64,000 nucleotides of DNA. Source: Acidobacteriota bacterium (GTDB taxonomy: Bacteria > Acidobacteriota > Polarisedimenticolia > JACPZX01). The position numbers were made by a program, and so were the translations under genes. The stretch spans positions 103,043 to 167,042 of the forward strand of contig JACPZX010000030.1 of assembly GCA_016195325.1 (NCBI GenBank), written 5' to 3'. The notes under the pieces were generated by a model. The model was not told the origin of the DNA and did no database searches. It saw only the letters and a list, made by a program, of their open reading frames with translations. Every line of letters begins with the position of its first letter. Position 1 is the first letter of the stretch. Below are positions 27,448 to 38,000 of this stretch, one piece after another.

Positions 27448-29013
27448 ATGATCCGCACACGGCCACCCCCCGCCTCGATCGGAGAGCGCGTCTTGAGCCT
27501 GAAATCCGCCCTGTCCGCCACGTTTCGCGGTTCCCGTCGCTGGTACTTCCTGAGCGCGCTCGCGCTGATCGGCGCGGGGTGGCTCTGGTTCGGCTCCGGA
27601 AACGGCGCGGAGACGGACAACTACCTCACGGCCACGTCGGACCGCGGCGTCATCCGGAACTCGGTGGCCGCGACCGGCACCATCCAGGCGGTCCTCACCG
27701 TCCAGGTCGGGAGCCAGGTCAGCGGGCGCATCGCGACCCTGAGCGCCGACTTCAACTCCGTCGTGAGGAAGGGGCAGGTCCTCGCGACGATCGACCCTGC
27801 GAATTTCGACGCGCAGCTCGAGCAGGTCCGCGCCGACCTCAACAACACGCGCGCCGGCGTCGGCACCGCCCAGGCGCAGGTCTCGACGCAGCAGGCCGAC
27901 CTCGCGGCGGCGAAGGTCGCCGCCCGCGACGCCGGGGCGGCGCTCACGCGGGCCAACGAGCTGAAGTCCGACGGCATCGTCTCCACGCGCGATCTCGAGA
28001 TCGCGCAGGCGACGTTCGATCAGGCCACGGCGCGCGTCGAGCAGGCGCAGGCCCAGGTGCAGGCGTCGCTCGCGGCGCTCGAGCAGTCGAAGGCCCGCGT
28101 CGAGCAGTCGCGGGCCTCGGTGAGGCTCGCCGAGGTGAACCGCGTCTACACCGTCATCACCTCGCCCGTCGACGGCGTGGTCATCTCCCGCAGCGTCGAC
28201 GTGGGGCAGACCGTCGCGGCCAGCCTGTCCGCCCCCGTGCTCTTCTCGATCGCGAACGACCTCACGAAGATGCAGGTCGTCGCCAACGTGGACGAGGCGG
28301 ACATCGGGTCGATCACCGGCGACTCGCGCGTCGGCTTCACCGTCGACGCCTTCCCGGGGGAGATGTTCAGCGGGGCGCTCAACCAGATCCGGCTCAATCC
28401 CCAGACGCAGCAGAACGTCGTCACGTACAGCGTCATCATCGACTTCCCCAACCCCGAGCTGAAGCTTCGCCCCGGGATGACGGCGAACACCACCTTCACC
28501 ATCGCCGAGCGCGCCGACGCGCTCCGGATCCCGAACTCCTCGCTGCGGTTCTGGCCCGACGACGTGCCGCGCGAGAAGGAGCGCGAGATGCTCGCGAAGG
28601 CCGCCGGCGAGCCCGCGCCCCCGGCCGCGGTCCCGGCCGCCGGCGCCGCGGAGGGCGCAGGGGGCGGCGGCACGTGGGACGGGAAACGCGGCGCGTTCCG
28701 GCGCGGCCCCCCGGCGACGACGCCGGCGGACATCCAGGGTGGCGTCATCCGCTTCCCCGCCGGCCGGAAGTCGATCCCGCGGTCGCGCATCGTGTGGGTG
28801 CTGGCGGCCCCCGGCAAGGCGGAGCCCCGCGTCGTGAGGGTCGGCATCTCCGACGGAAGCTTCACGGAGGTGGTCGACGGCCAGCTCAAGGCGGGCGAGC
28901 CCGTCGTCATCGGCCGGAACGTCGGCCCCGAGTCCGCGCAGGCGCAGGGAAGGTCGCCGTTCGGATCGGCGATGGGCCCCATGGGCCCGCGCGGCGGAAG
29001 ACCGGGCCGGTAG
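27448..29013 (+). CDS. HlyD/MacA-family periplasmic adaptor (membrane fusion protein).
   Basis: N-terminal TM segment, long coiled-coil (QLEQVRADLNNTRAGVGTAQAQVSTQQADLAAAKVA...) and beta-barrel/lipoyl motifs. The start may be a downstream GTG. Confidence 0.8.
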   Translation: MIRTRPPPASIGERVLSLKSALSATFRGSRRWYFLSALALIGAGWLWFGSGNGAETDNYLTATSDRGVIRNSVAATGTIQAVLTVQVGSQVSGRIATLSADFNSVVRKGQVLATIDPANFDAQLEQVRADLNNTRAGVGTAQAQVSTQQADLAAAKVAARDAGAALTRANELKSDGIVSTRDLEIAQATFDQATARVEQAQAQVQASLAALEQSKARVEQSRASVRLAEVNRVYTVITSPVDGVVISRSVDVGQTVAASLSAPVLFSIANDLTKMQVVANVDEADIGSITGDSRVGFTVDAFPGEMFSGALNQIRLNPQTQQNVVTYSVIIDFPNPELKLRPGMTANTTFTIAERADALRIPNSSLRFWPDDVPREKEREMLAKAAGEPAPPAAVPAAGAAEGAGGGGTWDGKRGAFRRGPPATTPADIQGGVIRFPAGRKSIPRSRIVWVLAAPGKAEPRVVRVGISDGSFTEVVDGQLKAGEPVVIGRNVGPESAQAQGRSPFGSAMGPMGPRGGRPGR

Positions 29014-29020
29014 GGCGCCC

Positions 29021-29845
29021 ATGGCCGCCGAGCCGCTGGTTCTCCTCAGGGACGTGCACAAGATCTACCGGACGGGCGATCTCGAGGTCCACGCGCTCCG
29101 CGGCATCCATCTCGCGATCGGCGCGGGGGAGTTCGTCGCCGTCGTCGGCGCGTCGGGCTCCGGGAAATCGACGACGATGAACATCGTCGGATGCCTCGAC
29201 CGGCCGACGCGCGGCCGATACGAGCTGGAAGGGCACGACGTCACCGATCTCGGACGCGACGATCTGGCCGACATCCGCAACCGCCGCCTCGGCTTCGTCT
29301 TCCAGACGTTCAACCTCCTCTCCCGCACCTCGGCTCTCGAGAACATCGAGCTGCCGCTCCTGTACGCCGGCGTCCCGTCGGCTGCGCGCCGGCGCCGCGC
29401 CGAGGAGTCGCTGGCCCGCGTCGGCCTCGAGGGGCGCGCGGCGTTCATGCCCAACCAGCTCAGCGGAGGCCAGCAGCAGCGCGTCGCGATCGCCCGCGCG
29501 CTCGTGAACCGCCCCGCGCTGATCCTCGCGGACGAGCCGACGGGAGCGCTCGACACCCGAAACTCGTTCGACGTGCTCGGCCTCTTCCAGGAGCTCAACG
29601 CGGATCTCGGCGTCACCGTCATCCTGGTGACCCACGAGAACGACATCGCGCGGTGCGCGAAGCGCGTCGTCTCGTTCCGCGACGGCCACATCCGATCCGA
29701 CGCCGCCGTGACCGACCGGATCGACGCCCGCGCGCAGCTCAAGCTGCTGCCCGTCGAGGAGGACGATGCGGCGGCCGAAGCTCCCGCCGTGACCTCCGCC
29801 GCGCCCGTGCCGCGCGCCCCCCGCCCGGCGGAGGGAAGGGCCTGA
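29021..29845 (+). CDS. ABC transporter ATP-binding protein (LolD/MacB-type).
   Basis: Walker A GASGSGKST, signature LSGGQQQRVAIARAL, Walker B LILADEPTGALD. Confidence 0.85.
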   Translation: MAAEPLVLLRDVHKIYRTGDLEVHALRGIHLAIGAGEFVAVVGASGSGKSTTMNIVGCLDRPTRGRYELEGHDVTDLGRDDLADIRNRRLGFVFQTFNLLSRTSALENIELPLLYAGVPSAARRRRAEESLARVGLEGRAAFMPNQLSGGQQQRVAIARALVNRPALILADEPTGALDTRNSFDVLGLFQELNADLGVTVILVTHENDIARCAKRVVSFRDGHIRSDAAVTDRIDARAQLKLLPVEEDDAAAEAPAVTSAAPVPRAPRPAEGRA

Positions 29846-31065
29846 TGGGGCCGGGGACGATCCTCAAGCTCGCGCTCCGGGCGCTCGGCCGCAATCGCGT
29901 CCGATCGGTCCTGACGATGCTCGGCGTGATCATCGGCGTCGCGGCGGTCATCGCGATGGTCTCCCTCGGCGCCGGGGCGCAGGCGCAGGTCGCGAACGAG
30001 ATCTCGTCGATGGGCGCGAACATCCTGTACGTCTGGCCCGGAAGCATGAAGAACATGGGCATGCGCATGGGCGCCGGGAGCGTCCAGACGCTCAACGCCG
30101 AGGACGCCGACGCGATCCAGAAGGAGTGCCCGGCGGTGAGGTGGGTCTCCCCGATGGTCGGGTCCAACGTGCTGGTCGTCTACGGAAACCAGAACTGGTC
30201 CACGCGGGCCGACGGCGCGAACGAGCAGTTCCCGGACATCCGGAACTGGCAGGTCGAGTCCGGGGCCTTCTTCACCGACACCGACGTGAGGACCGCGGCG
30301 CGCGTCGCGGTTCTGGGCCACACCGTCGCCGATCACCTCTTCCAGGGAATCGACCCCGAGGGGCAGACGATCCGCGTCCGGAACCTGCCGTTCCGGGTGC
30401 TCGGCGTGCTGTCGAGGAAGGGACAGAACCAGTGGGGGCGGGACCAGGACGACACGATCCTCGTCCCCTACACCACGGTCCAGAAAAAGCTCTCGTCGAG
30501 CTCGCTGTGGGTGAGCCAGATCATGGTCTCGGCCGTCTCGTCGCGCGCCGGCTACACCGCGGAGCAGGAGATCGCGGAGCTTCTCCGTCAGCGCCACCGG
30601 ATCGCCCCGGGGCGCGAGGACGACTTCAACGTGCGCAACCTCTCGGAGATGGCCGAGGCCGCCGAGGCGACGCAGAAGACGATGGGGCTCCTGCTCGGGA
30701 GCATCGCCGGGGTCTCGCTCATCGTGGGGGGCATCGGCATCATGAACATCATGCTGGTGAGCGTCGCCGAGAGAACCCGCGAGATCGGCATCCGCATGGC
30801 GGTCGGCGCGCGCTCGCGCCACGTGCGTCTCCAGTTCCTGTCGGAGGCGCTGGTCCTCAGCACGCTGGGCGGCCTGATCGGGATCACCCTGGGGATCCTC
30901 GTCTCGTTCTCGATGGCGGGCGGGCTCGGGTGGCCGACGCTGATCTCGAAGTCGTCGATTCTCGTGTCGGTCGTCTTCTCGGCGGCCGTCGGCGTCTTCT
31001 TCGGCTACTACCCCGCGAGCAAGGCGGCGGCGCTCGATCCCATCGACGCGCTGCGGTACGAGTGA
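29845..31065 (+). CDS. ABC transporter permease, FtsX/MacB-like.
   Basis: Start ATG 29845 overlaps the ATPase stop. N-terminal TM helix, large periplasmic domain, then a C-terminal 3-TM FtsX domain (LLLGSIAGVSLIVGGIGIMNIMLVSVAERTREIGIRMAVGA). Confidence 0.8.
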   Translation: MGPGTILKLALRALGRNRVRSVLTMLGVIIGVAAVIAMVSLGAGAQAQVANEISSMGANILYVWPGSMKNMGMRMGAGSVQTLNAEDADAIQKECPAVRWVSPMVGSNVLVVYGNQNWSTRADGANEQFPDIRNWQVESGAFFTDTDVRTAARVAVLGHTVADHLFQGIDPEGQTIRVRNLPFRVLGVLSRKGQNQWGRDQDDTILVPYTTVQKKLSSSSLWVSQIMVSAVSSRAGYTAEQEIAELLRQRHRIAPGREDDFNVRNLSEMAEAAEATQKTMGLLLGSIAGVSLIVGGIGIMNIMLVSVAERTREIGIRMAVGARSRHVRLQFLSEALVLSTLGGLIGITLGILVSFSMAGGLGWPTLISKSSILVSVVFSAAVGVFFGYYPASKAAALDPIDALRYE

Positions 31066-31074
31066 CCCGCCCGC

Positions 31075-32079
31075 TCAGGCGTCGAGCGGCGCCGCCATCC
31101 CGGGCTCGACGCCCCGGCCCCCCTCGGCCGGCGCCGGCGTCACGGCGGGCTCGCGGCTCCTCCCGCCGCCCGTGGCGGTGATCACGACGACCGCGAGGAC
31201 GATGATCGCCCCCGCGGCGAGCGTGCGCGGCGAGACCGGCTCCCCCGCGAAGACCCGGCCGAGCGCGAGGGCGACGACGGGGTTCACGTACGCGTACGTC
31301 GAAACCCGGGCCGCCGTCGTCACCCTGAGCAGCCACACGTAGGCCGTGAAGGTGACGACCGAGCCGAGAAGGCTGAGGTAGGCGACGCTGATCGCGGAGC
31401 GGAGCGACACGGAGGCCAGGGTGAATCTCCCCCACTCCCCGAGAGCCCCGCCGCCGAGGATCAGCAAGGCGCCGCCGGCGAGGCACTCCATCCCGACGGC
31501 GAGGAGCGGCGAGGCGGGCAGCGGCGCCGACCGCGAGTACAGCGAGCCGGCCGCCCAGCACGACGAGGTGAGCATCAGCAGCGCGACGCTGAAGGGATCG
31601 ACGCCCCCCGCCGCACGGCTCCCGCCGAGGTCAACGAGGAGGGAGATGCCGCCGAGGCCGAGGACGAGCCCCAGGATCATCGCGCGCCCCGGGCGCCGGC
31701 CGCCGTGCACGAGCCAGTCGAGGAGGGCCATCCAGATGGGGATGGTCGCGATGATGAGGGCGACGAGCCCCGACGGGACGTGCTGCTCCGACCACGTCAC
31801 CCCCCCGTTGCCGGCGAGGAAGAGAAGCGCCCCGATGACCGTCGCGGCGCGCCAGTGCCGGAAGGACGGGCGCGCGGCGCCGGTGATCCGGGCCCACGCG
31901 CACAGAATCGCCCCGGCGCTGAGGAGCCGGCAGCCCGCCATGAGCAGCGGCGGAATGGTCTCGATCGCCACGCGGATCGCGAGGTAGGTCGATCCCCAGA
32001 TGAGGTAGATGGCCGCGAACGCCGCGATCAGCCGCAGGCGCGGCGGCCCGGGCGTTCCGGAAGTGGTCTTGGCCCGCAT
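31075..32079 (-). CDS. EamA/DMT-superfamily transporter.
   Basis: Ten-TM hydrophobic protein with duplicated EamA-like halves. Confidence 0.7.
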   Translation of the reverse strand: MRAKTTSGTPGPPRLRLIAAFAAIYLIWGSTYLAIRVAIETIPPLLMAGCRLLSAGAILCAWARITGAARPSFRHWRAATVIGALLFLAGNGGVTWSEQHVPSGLVALIIATIPIWMALLDWLVHGGRRPGRAMILGLVLGLGGISLLVDLGGSRAAGGVDPFSVALLMLTSSCWAAGSLYSRSAPLPASPLLAVGMECLAGGALLILGGGALGEWGRFTLASVSLRSAISVAYLSLLGSVVTFTAYVWLLRVTTAARVSTYAYVNPVVALALGRVFAGEPVSPRTLAAGAIIVLAVVVITATGGGRSREPAVTPAPAEGGRGVEPGMAAPLDA

Positions 32080-32090
32080 GGCAGGAGAGA

Positions 32091-32984
32091 ATGGACGAAC
32101 GCGCGCGAGCCCGCAACCGGATTCTTGACCTCGAACCCGGCCGGGGACACAGTGGGGTCCTCGTGAGACGCCGAAACCACCGTCCTCCCGCCGGGACCCT
32201 GAGGTACGGCGCGGTCGCCCTCTCGATCGGCGCCGCGCTCGCGGGGCTCCCGACGCTCGCCGCCGTCGCCGTCCCGCCGCGCCCAGCCGGGAGCGTCTAC
32301 GACGGCGCGCGCGTCGTGAGCGCGCCGGACGCCGCCGCGCTCGAGACGCTGAGCCGTGAGCTCTGGGAGAAGGGGAAGGTCGCGCTCGTCGTCGCTACTC
32401 TCAAAGACCTCGGCGGCTCCCCTCTCGAGGAGGTCACTCGCACAATCTCCAGGGAATGGGGGATCGGCGGGAAGGAGAACCGGGGCGTGCTGCTGCTCGC
32501 CGCCATCGGCGATCGCAGGCTGCGGATCGAGGCGGGGTACGGCGTCGAGGGGTACCTGACCGACGGAACCTGCGGCGAGATCATCGACGAGGAGGTGCTG
32601 CCGAGGTTTCGCGCCGGGGACGTCTCCGGTGGCCTGCGCGCGGGCGCCGAGCGGATCGCGGCTCTCTCCGCGCGCGAGTTCGGATTCCAGATCACCGGCC
32701 TCAGGCCGGCGTCGCGGGCGGGTCGACGCTCCGGCTCCCCGACGCTCGGGCTGATTGTGGCAGCGCTCTTCGCGCTGGTCTTCTTCTTCCGCGCGCTCGC
32801 CCTGGGCCGCGGCAACCTGATGACGGGCCTCCTCCTCCTGCTCGCGGCGCGATCGTCTCGGGGCTACCGGCGCGGCGGGGGCTTCGGCTCGGGGGGGTTC
32901 AGCTCCGGCGGCTTCGGGGGGGGCGGCTTCGGTGGGTTCGGAGGCGGATCGTTCGGGGGCGGCGGGGCGTCCCGCGGCTGGTGA
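32091..32984 (+). CDS. TPM-domain (YgcG-like) protein with a C-terminal TM helix and Gly-rich tail.
   Basis: TPM core (VALVVATLKDLGGSPLEEVTRTISREWGIGGKENRGVLLLAAIGDRRLRIEAGYGVEGYLTD), then a TM helix, then GGFGSGGFSSGGFGGGGFGG. The true start may be the in-frame GTG at about 32163 (MRRRNHRPP...LRYGAVALSIGAALAGLP is signal-like). Confidence 0.65.
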   Translation: MDERARARNRILDLEPGRGHSGVLVRRRNHRPPAGTLRYGAVALSIGAALAGLPTLAAVAVPPRPAGSVYDGARVVSAPDAAALETLSRELWEKGKVALVVATLKDLGGSPLEEVTRTISREWGIGGKENRGVLLLAAIGDRRLRIEAGYGVEGYLTDGTCGEIIDEEVLPRFRAGDVSGGLRAGAERIAALSAREFGFQITGLRPASRAGRRSGSPTLGLIVAALFALVFFFRALALGRGNLMTGLLLLLAARSSRGYRRGGGFGSGGFSSGGFGGGGFGGFGGGSFGGGGASRGW

Positions 32985-33026
32985 TGCGGGCGGGCCCGCT
33001 GGCCAACGGCCGGGCGGGCCCATAGG

Positions 33027-33773
33027 ATGGCGGACATGGCGACAGCTCTGGAATCGAAGCTCGACGCGCTCATCGCGAACCTTCGCGCCGCGCTGCACGG
33101 CGATCTCGTGTCGGTGGTCCTCTACGGCTCGGCGGCGCGCGACGAGCACGCCGGCGAGGCGTCGAACCTGAACTTGCTGGTGGTGGTGACGGACGACGCG
33201 CCGGAGCGCCTCCTCGCGGCCGCGGGCCCCCAGAAGCGCTGGACGAAGGACGGGAACCCGCCGCTCCTCTTCGTGACGCCGCGCTGGATCCACGACTCGA
33301 CCGACGTCTTCCCGATGGAGTTCCTGGACATGCTGGATCACCGGAAGATCCTCTCGGGGGCGGACCCCCTCGCCGGCGTCGCGGTCTCCCGGGCGAACCT
33401 GCGGCTCCAATGCGAGCGCGAGGCGCGCTCCATCCTTCTCAAGCTTCGCGCGGCGTGGCTCGAGGCGAGCGGCGACTCCCGCGCCCTCCACGATCTCGTA
33501 ACCTCGAGCCTCGGTCCGGTCATGGCCCTGGTGCGGGGATCGCTGCGCCTCGCCGGCGAGCCGGTGCCGTCCCGGACCTCGGACGTCCTCCTGGCGCTGG
33601 CGCGCCGGTTCGACCTCGACGCGGCCCCGTTCGCCGCGGCCGTCGCGGTGAAGGGGGCGGGACCGAAGCGGGATTCCGAGCGGTTGAGGCTCGTCTTTCT
33701 CCGATACTTCGAGGGAGTGGAGCGCCTCGGGCGCGCTCTCGACGCGCTCAGGACGGAGCCCGGCCCGGGCTGA
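33027..33773 (+). CDS. Nucleotidyltransferase-fold (Pol-beta superfamily) protein. The catalytic Asp pair appears substituted.
   Basis: VVLYGSAARDEHAGEASNLNLLVVV. The G-S motif is present, but the usual D-x-D after it reads N-L-N. Confidence 0.5.
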   Translation: MADMATALESKLDALIANLRAALHGDLVSVVLYGSAARDEHAGEASNLNLLVVVTDDAPERLLAAAGPQKRWTKDGNPPLLFVTPRWIHDSTDVFPMEFLDMLDHRKILSGADPLAGVAVSRANLRLQCEREARSILLKLRAAWLEASGDSRALHDLVTSSLGPVMALVRGSLRLAGEPVPSRTSDVLLALARRFDLDAAPFAAAVAVKGAGPKRDSERLRLVFLRYFEGVERLGRALDALRTEPGPG

Positions 33774-33817
33774 GCGTTCATCAGGATCCGCCCGGCGCGG
33801 CTCCGCCCGGGCGATAC

Positions 33818-34399
33818 ATGGAGAACCACCGGATGCTGAAAAAAGGTTGCGCCATTCTCGCCGCTCTCGGCCTCATCGCGCTCGTGCTGGCCGGCTGGGT
33901 CGTCTCGAAATACAACGGCCTCGTGACCCTCAACGAGGAGAGCGATAAGGGATGGGCCCAGGTCCAGAACGTCCTCCAGCGACGCGCCGACCTGATCCCG
34001 AACCTCGTCGAGACCGTGAAGGGGTACGCCGCCCACGAGAAGGAGATCTTCGAGCAGGTCGCCGCGGCCCGCTCCCGCCTCGCCGGAGCCACGACCCCCG
34101 CCGACGCCGCCACGGCGAACGCCGCGATGTCGTCGGCTCTCTCGCGCCTCCTCGCCATTGCCGAGGCCTACCCGGATCTGAAGGCGAACGCCAACTTCAT
34201 CCGGCTCCAGGACGAGCTGGCGGGGACGGAGAACCGCATCGCCACCGAGCGGCGCGACTTCAACGAGATCGTGCGGAACTACAATGTGGCGCTGAAACGG
34301 TTTCCCGTGAACGTCATCGCCGGCGCGTTCGGCTTCAAGGAGCGCGACTACTTCGAGGCGGCTGCCGGGGCTCAGGAGGTCCCGAAGGTGAAGTTCTGA
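33818..34399 (+). CDS. lemA: LemA-family protein.
   Basis: N-terminal TM helix then the conserved LemA core (YNGLVTLNEESDKGWAQVQNVLQRRADLIPNLVETVKGYAAHEKEIFEQV...ENRIATERRDFNEIVRNYN). Start set at ATG 33818; an alternative ATG lies at 33833. Confidence 0.8.
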   Translation: MENHRMLKKGCAILAALGLIALVLAGWVVSKYNGLVTLNEESDKGWAQVQNVLQRRADLIPNLVETVKGYAAHEKEIFEQVAAARSRLAGATTPADAATANAAMSSALSRLLAIAEAYPDLKANANFIRLQDELAGTENRIATERRDFNEIVRNYNVALKRFPVNVIAGAFGFKERDYFEAAAGAQEVPKVKF

Positions 34400-34426
34400 A
34401 TCTTCGAGCGAACAGGAGGTTTACCC

Positions 34427-34840
34427 GTGGCACCGTCTTTCATCATCGGATTGTTCGTCGTCGTCCTCCTCGGAATCCTCGTCGGGTACACCGTCCCGAC
34501 GCTCATCCAGATCCGGAAGACCGCGCGGGCGGCCGAGGAGTTCCTGAAGGGCATGACTCCCCGCATCGAGAGCGCGACGTCGAATCTGGACTCGGTCCTC
34601 GGCCGGCTGGATCGCGTGATGCGCGGGATGGAGGACGGCACGCGCGGGCTGAGCGGAGCCATCGGCGGCATGGGGGACTTCCTGTCGTTCCTGAAGCCGC
34701 CGGGCCGGAAGGAGGGAAGCTCCTCGGGGATCCTCGCGGCCCTCGCGAGCGTGGTCGCGGGGTTCTCGCAGGCGTGGAGCCTCATGACCGGCGGCCGCCC
34801 GGCCCCCGCCGCCGGCGAGGGAGGGACGCAGCATGAGTGA
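34427..34840 (+). CDS. Small membrane-anchored hypothetical protein (DUF948-like).
   Basis: GTG start. N-terminal TM helix (FIIGLFVVVLLGILVGYTV) and a helical region. Confidence 0.4.
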   Translation: MAPSFIIGLFVVVLLGILVGYTVPTLIQIRKTARAAEEFLKGMTPRIESATSNLDSVLGRLDRVMRGMEDGTRGLSGAIGGMGDFLSFLKPPGRKEGSSSGILAALASVVAGFSQAWSLMTGGRPAPAAGEGGTQHE

Positions 34841-35039
34841 CGATCGCGGGCACTCGGAGCTGACGCTGGCGCTCGTCTTCCTGGCGGGCGCGCTCGTCGG
34901 CGCGGGGGTGGCGCTGCTGGTCGCCCCGCAGTCCGGCGCCGAGACGAGGGAGAAGGTCGCGGACTGGGCGAAGCGCGCCCAGGAGAAGGCGCGGGAAGCG
35001 GCCGCGGGGATCCAGAGCGCCGCGCGCGGCGAGTCCTAG
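34833..35039 (+). CDS. YtxH-like small membrane protein.
   Basis: 68 aa, overlapping the previous gene. TM helix LTLALVFLAGALVGAGVALLVAP then a charged helix. Confidence 0.4.
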   Translation: MSDDRGHSELTLALVFLAGALVGAGVALLVAPQSGAETREKVADWAKRAQEKAREAAAGIQSAARGES

Positions 35040-35046
35040 CGGGCGG

Positions 35047-38000
35047 TCAGGAAGTGGAAGGCCCCGCGTCGTTCCGGGTCTCGTCGACGACCAGGGCGAT
35101 GAGCGCGTCGACCTCCTCGAGGCGAAACGGCTTCGCGAGATAGTGGTTGCCGGTGCGCTGGAAGAGCTCCTGCGTGACGGGGTTGACCGTGTCCCCCGTC
35201 GAGAAGATGACCCGCTTCTTGAGGTGCGGCTTGCGCTCCGCGATGCACTCGTAGAGCTTCTGTCCTCCCATGTCGGGCATCTTCACGTCCGAGATGATGA
35301 TGTCGAAGTCGGTGACACTGACCTTCTCGAGGGCCTGGCGCCCGTTCTGGGCGCGCTCCACGTGGTGCCCGGACATCTCGAGGACGGATTCGAGGAGATC
35401 CAGGATCGTCTCCTCGTCGTCGACCACGAGGATGTGCCTGCTTCCGACCGCCTGAGGAACGGCCTCCTGCGCCGCTTCTTCCTCCACGATCGACGTCCCG
35501 TTTTTCACCGGCAGCTCCACCTGGAATTCGGCCCCGTCGCCCGGGAGGCTCTTCACGTCGATGCGACCCTCGTGCTCGCGGACGATCCCGTACGAGAGGC
35601 TCAGCCCCAGCCCGGTTCCCTTCCCGATCTCCTTGGTCGTGGAGAAGGGATCGAAGATCTTGGACAGATGACCGTCGGCAATGCCCGGGCCGTTGTCCTT
35701 GATCGAGACGCGGATCGCTTCCCCGACCCTCTCGGTCCGCATCGTGAGCCGGCCCGGACGCCCCGCGTCCTGCATCGCGTGATGCGCGTTGTTGATGATG
35801 TTGACGAAGACCTGCTGGAGCTGGTGGAAGTCGCCGAGCGTCTTCGGAAGCCCCTCCGCGAGCTCCTTCACGATCTCGACGCCGTCCACCTTGAGCTGAT
35901 ACTCGCGCAGCTCGAGCGTCGCCTCCACGAGCGCGTTGACGTCGAGCATCTTCCGCTCCGGCGCGCGCCGGCGGGCGAAGGTCAGGAGGTTCTGGACGAT
36001 CTTCTGGCACCGCACCGCCTCGCGGTGGATCTTCTCGAGGTTTCCCTTCGCCTCCGCCGAGACGCTGGAGCCGAGGAGCATCTGCGAGTACCCCATCACG
36101 CCGGTGAGCGGGTTGTTCAGCTCGTGGGCGATGCCGGAGATGAGCTCGCCGAGCGCGGAGAGCTTCTCCGCCTGCATGAGCTGCTGCTGCATCGCCTTGC
36201 GATCCGACTCGGCCTTCTTCTGCTCGCGCAGGTCGCGCACGATCGCGAAGCAGCCGAGGAGCGCGCTCTCCTCGCGGAACGGGCTCGCGGAGACGTGAAC
36301 CGGGATCAGCTCCCCGTCGCCCGCGCGGATGCGAATCTCGAACCGCGCCGCGCGCCCGCCCTCCTGGAGGGCCGCCTGGGCGCGGAACGTCGCGAGGTCC
36401 TCGGGCTCGAGCAGCGATCCGAGGGATCGCCCGCTGATCAGCATCTCCGGCTGTCCGACGAGCTGCCCGAAGGCCGGGTTGGCGAAGACGATCCGCTCGC
36501 GGAGATCGACCGTGAGGACGCCGTCGTACATCGTCTCGACCAGCGCGCGGTACCGCTCGGTCGTCTGGCGCACCTCCTGATCGAGCTTCTTCTCCTCGAT
36601 GGAGTGCGCGACCTGGTTCGCGAACAGCTCCAGCGGCGAGATCGACTCGGCGCTCGGGCGCCGGCCGTCCTCCGGGTCGTCGACCGACACGATGCCGACG
36701 ATTTTGTGGTTCGTTCCGTACAGTGGAATGAAGAGGAAGTCGTCGGGATGCCAGTCGACCATCTCGGCCGGACCGCCGCTGCTCCGCACTCCCTCGTAGT
36801 GCCACCCCTCGCTGTGGGGGATGTAGTACGAGTTCCCCAGGCGGTACTTCTCCTGGAAGATCGTGATCCGCTCCCGGTTCGTCATCTTGTTCCGGTGGAA
36901 CGTGTCGATGTCCTCCTGGGCCAGGCCGGCGAAGTACCACTCGTAGCCGCGGAAGTCGTCGTCGCACAGGGTCAGGATGGCGCGGTGGAACGTGCTCACG
37001 GTGCTGACGGCGTCGACGAACATCTTGCACACGCTGTCGAGATCCTTCTCCTGGAGGATCATGCTGCTGATCCGGCTGAACTCCTTCAGCTGGCTCAGGG
37101 AACGGCTGGTCGTCTCCTCCCGCGTCCGCAGATCCAGGGCCCGGCGTCTCTCGTCGGTGACGTCGCGCCCCGTCCAGAGGACGCCGCGGCACGCACCCGC
37201 CGAGTCGTGGATGCGGCCGGCGCTCAGGCTCAGCACGCGCGGCGCGCCTCCGCGCGTGACCACGGCGAAGTCCCAGTCCTCGACCTTGCCTCCCGAGAGG
37301 GCGAGAAGGTGCGCCTCGCGCCAGGACGGGCGGCTCGGCTCGGGCACGAGCAGCTCGATAGCCTCCCGGCCGAGGACGTCGGCGAGCCGGCATCCCGTCA
37401 GATCCTGGAAGACCTTGTTGAAGAGAATCGTGCGCCCCTGGAGATCGAGGCCGAGCACGCAGGCGTTCGCCGCCTCGAGGAGGCTGCGCGTGAAATCCTT
37501 CTCCCGGCGGAGGTGCTCGACGAGGCGGTCGCGCTCCGTCAGCTCCCGGAGCGACAGGAGGAAGACGGGCTCGTGGGGGAGATCCAGGAGGTCGACGCCG
37601 ACGTGGATGGGTCTCGGCGCGTCGCCGTCCGCGGCGAGATCGATCTCCTCGGTCGCCGCGGCGCCCGCCTGCGCCGACTCCATGAGGGCCGCGAGACGCT
37701 CGCAGGCCGGAGCCGGAAGCCGCTCGGCCAGCCGGTCTCCCGGCGCGAGGCGCACCTCCGGGCCGGCGGCCCGCGCGGCGGCTCGATTGATTCTCCGGAT
37801 GAGACCGTCGCGGGTCGCGAGGATCAACCCGTGACTGCTCGCGTCGAACGCCCGGGCGGCCGGATCGGCGGGAAGCTCTCCCGAATCGTCCCGCGTCCCG
37901 TCGGGCCGGGCCCCCGCCATCTCCTCGAGCGCCGACCGGAGGAAGTCCGTCAGCGGCGCGCCCGGCGGCGGGCCCTCTCCCCACACGAGCGCGTAGCGGT

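Noticed and set aside
24285-27620. 1111-aa minus-strand ORF antisense to the M14 carboxypeptidase
   Set aside because: Same GC-rich antisense artefact. The sense frame has M14 zinc-binding motifs and a signal peptide.
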